DNA of 64,000 nucleotides from a virus: IMG/VR virus record IMGVR_UViG_3300021957_004671, positions 1 to 64,000 of that record; one strand, 5' to 3'. Shown piece by piece: positions 27,850 to 36,722 of this stretch (position 1 is its first letter; each line of letters starts with the position of its first letter). The notes under the pieces were generated by a model. It saw only the letters and a program-made list of their open reading frames with translations, ran no database searches and was not told where the DNA came from. The position numbers and the translations under genes were made by a program.

Positions 27850-28854
27850 ATGCTATCTTTTAGGAAATATTTGCGAGAAAATATGGTTAGACCTTTTAAT
27901 CCTTTATCAATTGGTGATCTACGAAAAGATGAAAACCGGCCTGCTAACTTTATAGCAAAGATAGAAGATGGCACTCCCTTTCAAACAACTCGTAAAGGTA
28001 ATGTATTAATAACTAAGACTGAACTTAATAGTGTTAGAGCCTTTATGACAGCTGACAGCGGTAAATATCCCGCCACAAGAACTTCTATGATGGTTAACAC
28101 CAGTAAAGGTTCACTTAAAATACCTAATGACTTTCTTAAGACTGGTGACTTTGGCGGTAAGGGCCAGGGCTCTGGAACTAGTGCTGAAGATATGGCCATG
28201 AAAGACTTTAATAAGAAGCTTATAAAGATATTAGAAAAAAATCCTACTGGTGAGATTAAAGTAAGAATTAACGGTAGAATAGTACCTGTTGGTTTAATGG
28301 TTAAGACAGAAGGTAAGTATCAAGGTAAAGAACCTAAGTCTGATATGACTCTCGTTGATGCTCAAGGAAACCCTCAAGCATATATCTCACATAAAGCGGG
28401 TCGTACTGCTAAAGACTATCAGCAGTATGGTGGCTTATCTTATAGACAATATAATACTAATACTAATATTGCTAACTTTATGAAAGCGGTACAAAAAGAA
28501 GCTCCTGATGGTCTTTCTAGTGGGCAATCATTCTACCGAAAAATATCAGATGACAAGTTAGTAAAAGAAGCCATATATGGACCTGAATATGGTGGTCGGC
28601 CTAGTATAAGTAATATTGATGAGTTTCATCTAGGTAACATGAGCCTTAAAGGTACAGGTGAAGGCCCTTATACTATTACATCTACCCATAAAGGAGCAAA
28701 CGGCGATTTACCTAAAGGTCAATTCGAAGCTGTATACTTTATTCGATATCAAGCCAGAAGAGGCGACGCCAGAGCCGGTGGTGAAGTTGTTAAAAATGCA
28801 CGAGTAGGTATTTTTCCAATAGCAAAAATTTCTAGTACATCGAGAGAGATATAA
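27850..28854 (+). CDS. Late protein with PD-(D/E)xK-like nuclease motif and capsid-targeting-like N-terminus
   Basis: MLSFRKYLRE start; EPKSDMTLVD...YISHK; YQQYGG. Confidence 0.6.
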   Translation: MLSFRKYLRENMVRPFNPLSIGDLRKDENRPANFIAKIEDGTPFQTTRKGNVLITKTELNSVRAFMTADSGKYPATRTSMMVNTSKGSLKIPNDFLKTGDFGGKGQGSGTSAEDMAMKDFNKKLIKILEKNPTGEIKVRINGRIVPVGLMVKTEGKYQGKEPKSDMTLVDAQGNPQAYISHKAGRTAKDYQQYGGLSYRQYNTNTNIANFMKAVQKEAPDGLSSGQSFYRKISDDKLVKEAIYGPEYGGRPSISNIDEFHLGNMSLKGTGEGPYTITSTHKGANGDLPKGQFEAVYFIRYQARRGDARAGGEVVKNARVGIFPIAKISSTSREI

Positions 28855-30092
28855 TGATAAAGTTTAAAACTTATATTGAAGAGTCAAAGAATACTCATAT
28901 GGAACATTTAGAAGATAATGTTCTTAACGGCGGTGTAAAGGGTGCACGACAGTCGATCAACTTTCTTCGCCAACTACGAGATGCCCTCTCCGGTGACGCG
29001 AGAGAAGCTGTTAATGCTACTGTTAAATGGGACGGAGCTCCTGCTATCTTTGTAGGTAATGATCCTTCTGATGGCAAGTTCTTTGTTGCTAAAAAAGGTA
29101 TCTTTAATAAGAACCCTAAAGTATATAAAACTAAAGCTGATGTCGATGCTGATACGTCTGGTGATTTAGCCGATAAGTTAAATATGGCTCTTACAATGCT
29201 ATCTGGAATGAAGATTGACGGTGTTGTTCAAGGCGACTTTCTATTTAGTTCGAGTGATTTAAAATCGCAGAACATTGACGGTGAAACATATGTAGTGTTT
29301 CATCCTAATACTATTGCTTATGCTGTACCTAAGAAGTCTTCTTTAGGTAAGAAGATCTTAAACTCTAAGATGGGTGTTGTATGGCATACAATGTATAAAG
29401 GTAATTCATTTGAAACTATGAGAGCCTCCTTTGGTGCTGATGTTAGTAAGTTCGGTAACATTCCAGGTGTATGGCAAATTGATGCTGGTTATGAAGATGT
29501 ATCTGGATCTGCAACTATGACTAAAGCAGAGACTGCTGAAGTAACAAAACATCTTGCAGCAGCTGGTAAGACCTTTAATAAAATTAAAGCTACTAACTTA
29601 AACTTCATTGCAGATAATGATGAACTATTAGCCAGAATGAAAGTATATCATAACTCTCGTATTAGAGAAGGTCAAGAGATTAAGAATCCTACTGCCCATG
29701 CTAAAGGTATGGTTCAATATATGATGGCATACGAAAAGAAAGAGCTTGCTAAGCGTAAAACTGAAAGAGGTAAGGACGGTTTCAGAACTAAGTTTGAGCC
29801 TATTAAAAAGTTTATTGCTAATACTCCTATACAACAGATAGTTGCTATCTACGAACTTCAAATGCACTTAGTTCATACTAAGAAACTTATTATTGATAAG
29901 ATGAATAGAGCATCTAAACTAAAAACATTCCTTAAGACTCGTAAAGGGTTTACTATTACTGGTGAAGAAGGTTATGTAGCCATTGATAAACTATCAGGTA
30001 ATGCAGTTAAGTTAGTAGATAGACTAGAATTCAGCTATGCTAACTTTAGTGATGATATTATAAAAGGATGGCAAAACGACTCAAGACGCTAA
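28854..30092 (+). CDS. RNA-ligase-like nucleotidyltransferase-fold protein (DUF6267-like)
   Basis: KNTHMEHLED, motif I TVKWDGAPA, VQGDFLF, EGYV, KLVDRLEFS; MIKFKTYIEE start. Confidence 0.65.
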   Translation: MIKFKTYIEESKNTHMEHLEDNVLNGGVKGARQSINFLRQLRDALSGDAREAVNATVKWDGAPAIFVGNDPSDGKFFVAKKGIFNKNPKVYKTKADVDADTSGDLADKLNMALTMLSGMKIDGVVQGDFLFSSSDLKSQNIDGETYVVFHPNTIAYAVPKKSSLGKKILNSKMGVVWHTMYKGNSFETMRASFGADVSKFGNIPGVWQIDAGYEDVSGSATMTKAETAEVTKHLAAAGKTFNKIKATNLNFIADNDELLARMKVYHNSRIREGQEIKNPTAHAKGMVQYMMAYEKKELAKRKTERGKDGFRTKFEPIKKFIANTPIQQIVAIYELQMHLVHTKKLIIDKMNRASKLKTFLKTRKGFTITGEEGYVAIDKLSGNAVKLVDRLEFSYANFSDDIIKGWQNDSRR

Positions 30093-30103
30093 ATTTAGTT
30101 TAG

Positions 30104-30175
30104 CTAAATATTAACGTGAGTAAGGCTATTAGCAAACCTCATAGATGACAGGTAAGGTTTAACAAACCCTGGGGA
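30104..30175 (+). promoter_or_regulatory. Late promoter plus tandem-hairpin 5' leader
   Basis: CTAAATA 30104-30110; two stems sharing a UAAG/AAAC internal loop (30116-30142, 30149-30171); SD GGGGA. Confidence 0.6.
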
Positions 30176-30180
30176 ATAAA

Positions 30181-32415
30181 ATGGAAAAAGAAAAATTGAA
30201 TAAGTCTAAGAAGACGGCTACTGGTCAACCACGCGATGAGATCAAGATCCGCCCGAAAGACGAGAAACTAAATGAAGCTAAAGGTAAAACTGCTGTTATA
30301 ACCTTTGGTCGTATGAATCCTCCGACGATTGGTCATGAAGTTCTTGTTCAGAAAGTTGTAACTACTGCAAGACAATCTAGTGGAACTCCCTTAATATTTC
30401 TGTCACACAGTTCCGACCCAAAGAAAAATCCGCTCTCCTATGAAGAAAAGGTCCGATTGGCTCAGGCCGCTTTTGGTCGTAACATTGTAGTGAAATCACG
30501 CGCCCGTACCATTATAGAAGTACTGAAACAGTTGACTGGTCAGTATGATAGTGTGAAGGTTGTGGTTGGTTCGGACCGAGTGCCAGAATTTGAAAGGATC
30601 CTTAAAACTTATAACGGCAGAGACTTCAAGTTTAAGTCCGTAGAAGTTGTATCCGCTGGCACTCGGGACCCGGACGCTGAAGGCGTTTCCGGTATGTCTG
30701 CATCCAAGATGCGTGATGCGGCCGCTAAAAACGATAAGAATTCATTTAAGAAAGGCCTGCCAAGAGGTTTAAAATCTATGGCTGATATGGTCTTTACTAT
30801 GGTACGTGCAGGTATGAAGCTCGCTGAAGAGCTAGAAGCTGACGGGTTGCTTGCTGAAGCACCATTAACTGCACTCCAAAGACGTAAGAAAGCCCTCTCC
30901 GCAAGACGATTTAAATCACGTCTCAAGTTCGCAAGAAAGCGTCAATCAAAACGTATGGCATCTCGTAAGCGTATTGCTAAGAGATCCGCACGTGCTGCTA
31001 TTAGAGTTATGCGTAAGAGACTTGCTGGTAAAAGAGGCCAAGGTTATAGTAAATTGACTGCAGCTGAAAAAGGTGCAATCGATAAAAGAGTACAGGCACG
31101 TAAAGGTGTTCTTAAAAAGATCGCTAAGAGATTAATGCCTAAAGTACGTAGAGCAGAGATTGCTAGACACGCAGGTACTAGAAGAGAAGAGTTTGATGTA
31201 TTCTTTGATAAGTATTTGCTTGAGACTGAATCAACTATCCATTTAAACTCTTTGGAAGAAGTTTATGCAATGGTTGATCGCTTCCTCGATCGTATAGAAA
31301 CTCCTCTCATTACTGAGAAAGCCGAACTTAATATTATTAAAAGAAGTGAGAAAACTGGTATTGATGTTAATGCCTTATTCGAAGCATATTTTGAAGGGTA
31401 TAAGATGCCTAAAGATCACGAGACACCTGAACAATCAGGTTTCAGAAATATGAATGAGTTAATTAAGAGTGTTGTTGCAGAAGATATTACTCGTCATGCA
31501 GACCAAAAAAGAGTAAAGGTCAAAGGACCAGATGGTAAAACTACTTGGCGTAATGTTAAACGTGAAGTTAAAATTGAAGGTACTGCATCACTTACTCCAG
31601 AAAAAACTCTTGGCGGCGTTCAACAGAAAAAAGCTCTAGAGTTAGAGACTAAAGGTGCTCCTAAAGGATACCATTTTACTCGTGACGGCAAGCTTAAGAA
31701 AGGCGATGCTGGAGCTGATGGAGATGGCGGACCTAAGCTTCGTTCTGATCCTCTAGACAAACAGCGCAGTAAGATTCCTCCGCTGCCTGAGAATAGAACT
31801 AAGACTGTCAATACAAGACAGAACAAAGAACTTAAAAGACTGAAGATGAGACATGTACGTCAAGATGCTGCAGCAAAAATTAGTAAACTTAAGAAGACTA
31901 ATCCTAATCCAACTGCTAGAGTTAATGAAGAGTTTGAGGCTCTTGATGAGCTGTACTTCAAAGTTAAACTGAATCAACTACCTCCTTTCTTTGTTGATGC
32001 TAATTCAGCTGGTGAAGTAAAGCGTGATCTTAGAATGATGATCAAGAAGCCTGATGAAAATATTCGCAGTATTGAAAGACAGACTCCTTCTAAAGTACGT
32101 AAACACTTTAGAGATCTAGCCAAAGGTAATGCACCTGAAGAAGCTGATATTGAAGAAGAAGGCGGAGCAGGTGATATCGGCACTAATAAGCTGGCTAATA
32201 AATATAAGAAAGAAACACCTGGACAGAACGCTAATGAGATGTTCGAGAACTTTATGGATGGTAAAAATCCTGAAGATAAAGGCGACAGTGCTAGACATGG
32301 GATTCCAAAGAAGGCAACTAAAGCTCAGTTAAAGAAGATCAGAAGTTCAGATAGTTCTAGCCCTAGAAAAAAACAGCTCGCGCATTTTCAACTTAATATG
32401 CGTAAGAAGGATTAG
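30181..32415 (+). CDS. HIGH-superfamily nucleotidyltransferase (cytidylyltransferase-like) fused to multiple basic modules
   Basis: FGRMNPPTIGH, KNPL, VVGSDRV, SAGTRDPD, MSASKMR; then Arg/Lys-rich segments separated by (I/L/V)xE sites. Confidence 0.82.
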   Translation: MEKEKLNKSKKTATGQPRDEIKIRPKDEKLNEAKGKTAVITFGRMNPPTIGHEVLVQKVVTTARQSSGTPLIFLSHSSDPKKNPLSYEEKVRLAQAAFGRNIVVKSRARTIIEVLKQLTGQYDSVKVVVGSDRVPEFERILKTYNGRDFKFKSVEVVSAGTRDPDAEGVSGMSASKMRDAAAKNDKNSFKKGLPRGLKSMADMVFTMVRAGMKLAEELEADGLLAEAPLTALQRRKKALSARRFKSRLKFARKRQSKRMASRKRIAKRSARAAIRVMRKRLAGKRGQGYSKLTAAEKGAIDKRVQARKGVLKKIAKRLMPKVRRAEIARHAGTRREEFDVFFDKYLLETESTIHLNSLEEVYAMVDRFLDRIETPLITEKAELNIIKRSEKTGIDVNALFEAYFEGYKMPKDHETPEQSGFRNMNELIKSVVAEDITRHADQKRVKVKGPDGKTTWRNVKREVKIEGTASLTPEKTLGGVQQKKALELETKGAPKGYHFTRDGKLKKGDAGADGDGGPKLRSDPLDKQRSKIPPLPENRTKTVNTRQNKELKRLKMRHVRQDAAAKISKLKKTNPNPTARVNEEFEALDELYFKVKLNQLPPFFVDANSAGEVKRDLRMMIKKPDENIRSIERQTPSKVRKHFRDLAKGNAPEEADIEEEGGAGDIGTNKLANKYKKETPGQNANEMFENFMDGKNPEDKGDSARHGIPKKATKAQLKKIRSSDSSSPRKKQLAHFQLNMRKKD

Positions 32416-32416
32416 T

Positions 32417-32683
32417 ATGTATAGTTTTAAACAGTTTACTGAAGCTACTTATCAAGGTAAGAAAGTAACTCTTAATAAGCCTAGTTCCGGTGATGTAAAG
32501 AAATCAAAAGTGTATGTTGACCCTGACGGAGACGGCAAAGCTCAAAAAGTTAATTTCGGTGATAAGAATATGTCTATTAAGAAGCATATTCCAGCTCGAA
32601 AGAAGTCATTTAGAGCAAGACACAATTGTGATAACCCTGGTCCAAAAACTAAAGCGAGATATTGGTCCTGTAAAGCCTGGTAA
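32417..32683 (+). CDS. Small basic protein, probable internal head protein
   Basis: MYSFKQFTE start; KVNFGD, RKKSFRARHNCD, ARYWSCKAW. Confidence 0.75.
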   Translation: MYSFKQFTEATYQGKKVTLNKPSSGDVKKSKVYVDPDGDGKAQKVNFGDKNMSIKKHIPARKKSFRARHNCDNPGPKTKARYWSCKAW

Positions 32684-32697
32684 CTTGAGGTAATATT

Positions 32698-33528
32698 ATG
32701 AAGATTGCAGTCTATGGTGATAGCCAAGTAGACCCTCATCACGTGCGCATATGCGCCGATGCAAACCCACTTATCGATTATGAATACGCATTAGAGAATA
32801 CATGGTATAATCTTCTTAAGAAAGATGGCCATGAAGTAACTGTGTATGCACAAGTCTCCAGAGATAATTTCTGGATCGACCGTAAGTGGCAGAAACACCA
32901 CAAAAACTATGACTTAAATATAATTAGGCCGGCAGAAGGTACTAGACCTTACTTCCGTATACCTGACCATGAATGGCATGATGTGCATACTAATGTCTTT
33001 GGTAATTTTGGACCGGGCCCTCAGACGTTTAACTATTCAAATGTAGATATTAATAATAAATATATTAAGAGTATTCATTTCTGGGTCGAGTATATGATGC
33101 ATAAGGACACTGCTAATAGAGTATTTGATCTACTATGTAGAGACTGGGGTGATGACGAGTCAACTATTGTATTCCCTATGAATACTATTGCTAATGTATC
33201 TGGTGCTGAAGAGCTCTTCGTAGTTGAGAATAAGCCGCAGAAAGAGCGCCGTGATTGGGTTAGATATATGCTTGAAAAGTATCCAGGCATTAACGTTAAT
33301 AAATGTAAAACTGAATTCCATGCTCTTCCCTATCATAGAAATCCTAATCATATTACTTTAGAAAATCATAAACTACTTTATGGTTTATTCTCTAAATATA
33401 TAGAGACAGGTAAACTAGAATTACCTATTCACGTAGACAATAACGAAACATATACCTTCCCTCACCCTATTATGGATGCTGTTGAAAGGCATATATGTGA
33501 ACAGAACGGTATATCGTATGTTGAATAA
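32698..33528 (+). CDS. Hypothetical protein with SGNH-hydrolase-like motifs
   Basis: IAVYGDS at N-terminus; NHITLENH near C-terminus. Confidence 0.55.
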   Translation: MKIAVYGDSQVDPHHVRICADANPLIDYEYALENTWYNLLKKDGHEVTVYAQVSRDNFWIDRKWQKHHKNYDLNIIRPAEGTRPYFRIPDHEWHDVHTNVFGNFGPGPQTFNYSNVDINNKYIKSIHFWVEYMMHKDTANRVFDLLCRDWGDDESTIVFPMNTIANVSGAEELFVVENKPQKERRDWVRYMLEKYPGINVNKCKTEFHALPYHRNPNHITLENHKLLYGLFSKYIETGKLELPIHVDNNETYTFPHPIMDAVERHICEQNGISYVE

Positions 33529-34246
33529 TAAGAAGGTATTCCCATATCTATTATTAGCCGGTCAGCTTATAAGCATGTTGGCCGTTATACCTATGTTCAT
33601 GTTTGGCGAAGTATGGCAATGGGCTATTACTATAGCTGTGTATTGTTTCTTTATGCTAAGCATTACAGTAGGATATCATAGACTAATATCACACAGAGCA
33701 TTTAAATGTCCGCAATGGATACATAATATTTTAATGGTCGGTGGCGGGCTTCCGTTTTACGGTCCTGCTCTTGTATGGGTAGCCAATCATAGAGAGCATC
33801 ATAGGTATGCTGATACAGCAAAGGACCCTCATAGCCCTTATTATAGAGGTGTTCTTAGAGCATACTTCCTACAGGTACTATCCCCTATTAACTTTAAGTA
33901 TGTAAGAGATCTGCTACGTAAGCAAGTATATAGAGATCAAGTAAAGTATTATTGGCACTTTATTATAGGTTATGTTCTCTTACTTGCAATCATGGATCCA
34001 TTTGCTATTGTGTACGGATTTCTAGCTCCTGCTGGTCTTTCTAAATTATTCGGCGGATTAGTATTTACTTACTCACATAGAGGTCGAAAAGCTCATAGTG
34101 ATCTATGGGTTGGTTTAGTTACTTTAGGTGAAGGCTTCCATGAAGAGCATCATAAGAAAGCTTCTACTCATCGCTGGCACACTCTTGATGCTGGTGGTAT
34201 TTTAATTGAGATGATTGACAATGATAAGAGAACACAAAAAGCATAA
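33518..34246 (+). CDS. Membrane fatty acid desaturase (Delta9/DesC-like)
   Basis: His boxes GYHRLISH, HREHH...DPHSP, GEGFHEEHH; TM helices. Confidence 0.92.
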   Translation: MLNNKKVFPYLLLAGQLISMLAVIPMFMFGEVWQWAITIAVYCFFMLSITVGYHRLISHRAFKCPQWIHNILMVGGGLPFYGPALVWVANHREHHRYADTAKDPHSPYYRGVLRAYFLQVLSPINFKYVRDLLRKQVYRDQVKYYWHFIIGYVLLLAIMDPFAIVYGFLAPAGLSKLFGGLVFTYSHRGRKAHSDLWVGLVTLGEGFHEEHHKKASTHRWHTLDAGGILIEMIDNDKRTQKA

Positions 34247-34883
34247 ATTCCCGCCGTTTGCAGAATTACCTGTAAAACCTAATGCTGAATTAATATCTGA
34301 TTTTATGTATGAGAATTACCATAGATGGGAAGATAATATCACTGCTCATAAAGGGCTTGCAGTAGCTAGTAATAACATTGCTAATGAGACTTATAAGTGT
34401 GTAGAACATTTTCATTTAACGGTTCCTAATAAGTCAGATGAGTCAATAGGTGAGGCAGGAGATTATAGTTTAAAGGATAAACTAAAGAGGCAAGTAGCTC
34501 ATACTATGGATGAACACAACTGGAAATATCCAGCATCGTTTTATGATAGTACTCCTCTTGAAGATCATCTTAATAGTTTATTCAAAGCAAAGATTATTAG
34601 AGCAAGATATTCTAGAATGAAACCAGGAGGGTATGTACCTCCACATATAGATTACAATACCACATATGCTGTCCGTTGGATTATGCCTATTAATGGTAAT
34701 GAAGGTGTTGTTAATAAGTTCTGGTATAAAGGTGAAGAGAGAGAATTACATATGGAAAATGGTAAGATGTACTTTTTAAATATTGGATTCAGACACTCTG
34801 TTGAGCACAACGGGCCAAATCTTCGGCACTACTTAATGGGTTCTCTCGCTTCACAAGAGGACATTTTACATTTAATGGATTGA
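34221..34883 (+). CDS. Asp/Asn beta-hydroxylase-like 2OG-Fe(II) oxygenase
   Basis: RARYSRMKPGGYVPPHID, FLNIGFRHSVEH, RHYL. Confidence 0.8.
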   Translation: MIREHKKHKFPPFAELPVKPNAELISDFMYENYHRWEDNITAHKGLAVASNNIANETYKCVEHFHLTVPNKSDESIGEAGDYSLKDKLKRQVAHTMDEHNWKYPASFYDSTPLEDHLNSLFKAKIIRARYSRMKPGGYVPPHIDYNTTYAVRWIMPINGNEGVVNKFWYKGEERELHMENGKMYFLNIGFRHSVEHNGPNLRHYLMGSLASQEDILHLMD

Positions 34884-35425
34884 TAATGGATAGAGCATAT
34901 TTTATAAAAGACTTAATTACTGAACGAGAGTACGATATACTTCGTAGCGCTGTAGGCACGATGTATGACTATTACGTACAAGATGATGGCAAGGCGTGGT
35001 TAACTGATAATGGAAAAAATGTAGATACACATTATCAGGCAGCTCCTATTGATAGGATTGATAACTTTATAGCTAAACTTTTATGTGATAGATATGGTAT
35101 TGAATTTGGTCAACATATCTTTATTGGATCTAGACTCGGAGCAGGTGTTATACCTCATAGAGATCATAGTAAGAGAAATTGTCTTCTGAACTTTCCTTTA
35201 TATACTGCATCAAAAACTTTTATAGGGTATGCTGATAAAGAAGGTAAAGAGATTGTACAAGAATTTGTTTATAACAAGCCATGTATATTAAATACATCTG
35301 ATTGGCATGGAGCAAAGCATAACGGCGATACTCCTCAGGTTGTTTATCAAATAAGTACATCCCAAACAATGAAAGAGGTAGTAAGTATTCTGAGAACGAA
35401 AGGCTTACTGATAGAAAATGAGTAA
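34880..35425 (+). CDS. Putative 2OG-Fe(II) oxygenase / DSBH protein
   Basis: PHRD, LNFPL, ILNTSDWHG. Confidence 0.65.
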   Translation: MIMDRAYFIKDLITEREYDILRSAVGTMYDYYVQDDGKAWLTDNGKNVDTHYQAAPIDRIDNFIAKLLCDRYGIEFGQHIFIGSRLGAGVIPHRDHSKRNCLLNFPLYTASKTFIGYADKEGKEIVQEFVYNKPCILNTSDWHGAKHNGDTPQVVYQISTSQTMKEVVSILRTKGLLIENE

Positions 35426-35648
35426 CTGCTATTTTTGGACTTTCTGGAAAATATTAACAGAAGGTGGTAAAGTCAAGTGGTATAAGAGTAAAACATGGTT
35501 TGGTTACCATTGTACTTGGATAGATAGTAAGGGTATTGAGTGGGAATACACTATGCCTAGAATGACAAAGAAGCCTTTGTGGTACATTCCTATATTATAC
35601 AAAGGTAAGATAAGAAGAGTCAGAAGACAGAGATCAAATAATAGCTAA
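35418..35648 (+). CDS. Hypothetical Trp-rich protein
   Basis: 76-aa ORF overlapping the upstream stop. Confidence 0.6.
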   Translation: MSNCYFWTFWKILTEGGKVKWYKSKTWFGYHCTWIDSKGIEWEYTMPRMTKKPLWYIPILYKGKIRRVRRQRSNNS

Positions 35649-35651
35649 ATA
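35645..35651 (+). promoter_or_regulatory. Late promoter
   Basis: CTAAATA upstream of GGAG SD and ATG 35684. Confidence 0.6.
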
Positions 35652-35683
35652 ATACTGAATATATTCAACATTTGGAGTAAAAA

Positions 35684-36715
35684 ATGCAATTCTCAGACAG
35701 CAAAATTAGTAAAGATGTTATCGACATCGCAGCTAGAATCATGCGCGGTGAAAAAATTGAAGAAAAAAAGAAAATGGATCCTGTAGATAAGGATGAACTT
35801 AAGGGTAAACATACCGATCGTGATGATAAAGATATCGATAATGACGGTGATTCAGATGAGTCTGATGAGTATCTCCATAAGAAGCGTAAAGCTATTTCTA
35901 AATCTATGAAGGAAGATCAAAAGCCTATTAAGTTAAAAGGCTTCGGTAAAGATAAAGCCGGCATGGCTAGTATCAAAAATCCTATTGCTCGTGCAGCTCT
36001 TATGCGCAAAGATAAAGCAAAGAAAGAGGAAGTGGAAGTAGAAGAAGGATATTCATCTGCTGACCGTCCAGGGCAACAACCTAAGAAAATTAAAAGACCA
36101 AAGCAAGGCGATTATAAGAATTATGTCGATTTAAGACCTTCAAAACTTAATGCGCCTGGTGGAAGAGACAAAGTAAAGTATGTCGGTGAAGAAGAAGACT
36201 ACTGTGATTGCGGCTGTGATTGCGGTAAGAAAGTCTGTGAATCATGCGGTAAAGAGCATAACCCAGCTAGCATTAAAGAGAGTGATTCGTATTATGCACA
36301 CCATGCCGCTGTTAAAAGTGCTGGTGGAAAGACATCTGGATCAGATTATGATCATCACCTCGGAAACGAAATGAAGAAGCGCGGTTATTCTAAAGGTGCT
36401 TATCGAGGACACGGATCATATACTTGGAATAAGACACATAAGCCTACTCACGAATCTGAGGATATGGATACTGCCAATGCTCAAAAAGCTGTAAAGCATG
36501 ACTGTGCTACACACGTTGTTCATAAAGAGCATGGCGAAGGTCGTTGTGTACCTGGTATGCATACTCTTGAAGAGAATGAAGATGGTACAGGTTATGTAAC
36601 TCATTATGACGTAATGTTTAGTGGCGAAGAAGGCCCATACATTCTTGAGGATTGTCCAGTAGAAGATCTGGATATCGTTAAAGAGATGCATCACGGTCAT
36701 AAAAAGAAGAAGTGA
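35684..36715 (+). CDS. Modular late protein, probable processed internal head protein
   Basis: EF-hand-like DIDNDGDSDESDEYL, Cys cluster CDCGCDC...CESC, His-rich C-terminal domain; modules bounded by IEE/MKE/VEE/IKE. Confidence 0.7.
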   Translation: MQFSDSKISKDVIDIAARIMRGEKIEEKKKMDPVDKDELKGKHTDRDDKDIDNDGDSDESDEYLHKKRKAISKSMKEDQKPIKLKGFGKDKAGMASIKNPIARAALMRKDKAKKEEVEVEEGYSSADRPGQQPKKIKRPKQGDYKNYVDLRPSKLNAPGGRDKVKYVGEEEDYCDCGCDCGKKVCESCGKEHNPASIKESDSYYAHHAAVKSAGGKTSGSDYDHHLGNEMKKRGYSKGAYRGHGSYTWNKTHKPTHESEDMDTANAQKAVKHDCATHVVHKEHGEGRCVPGMHTLEENEDGTGYVTHYDVMFSGEEGPYILEDCPVEDLDIVKEMHHGHKKKK

Positions 36716-36722
36716 GGCTATA

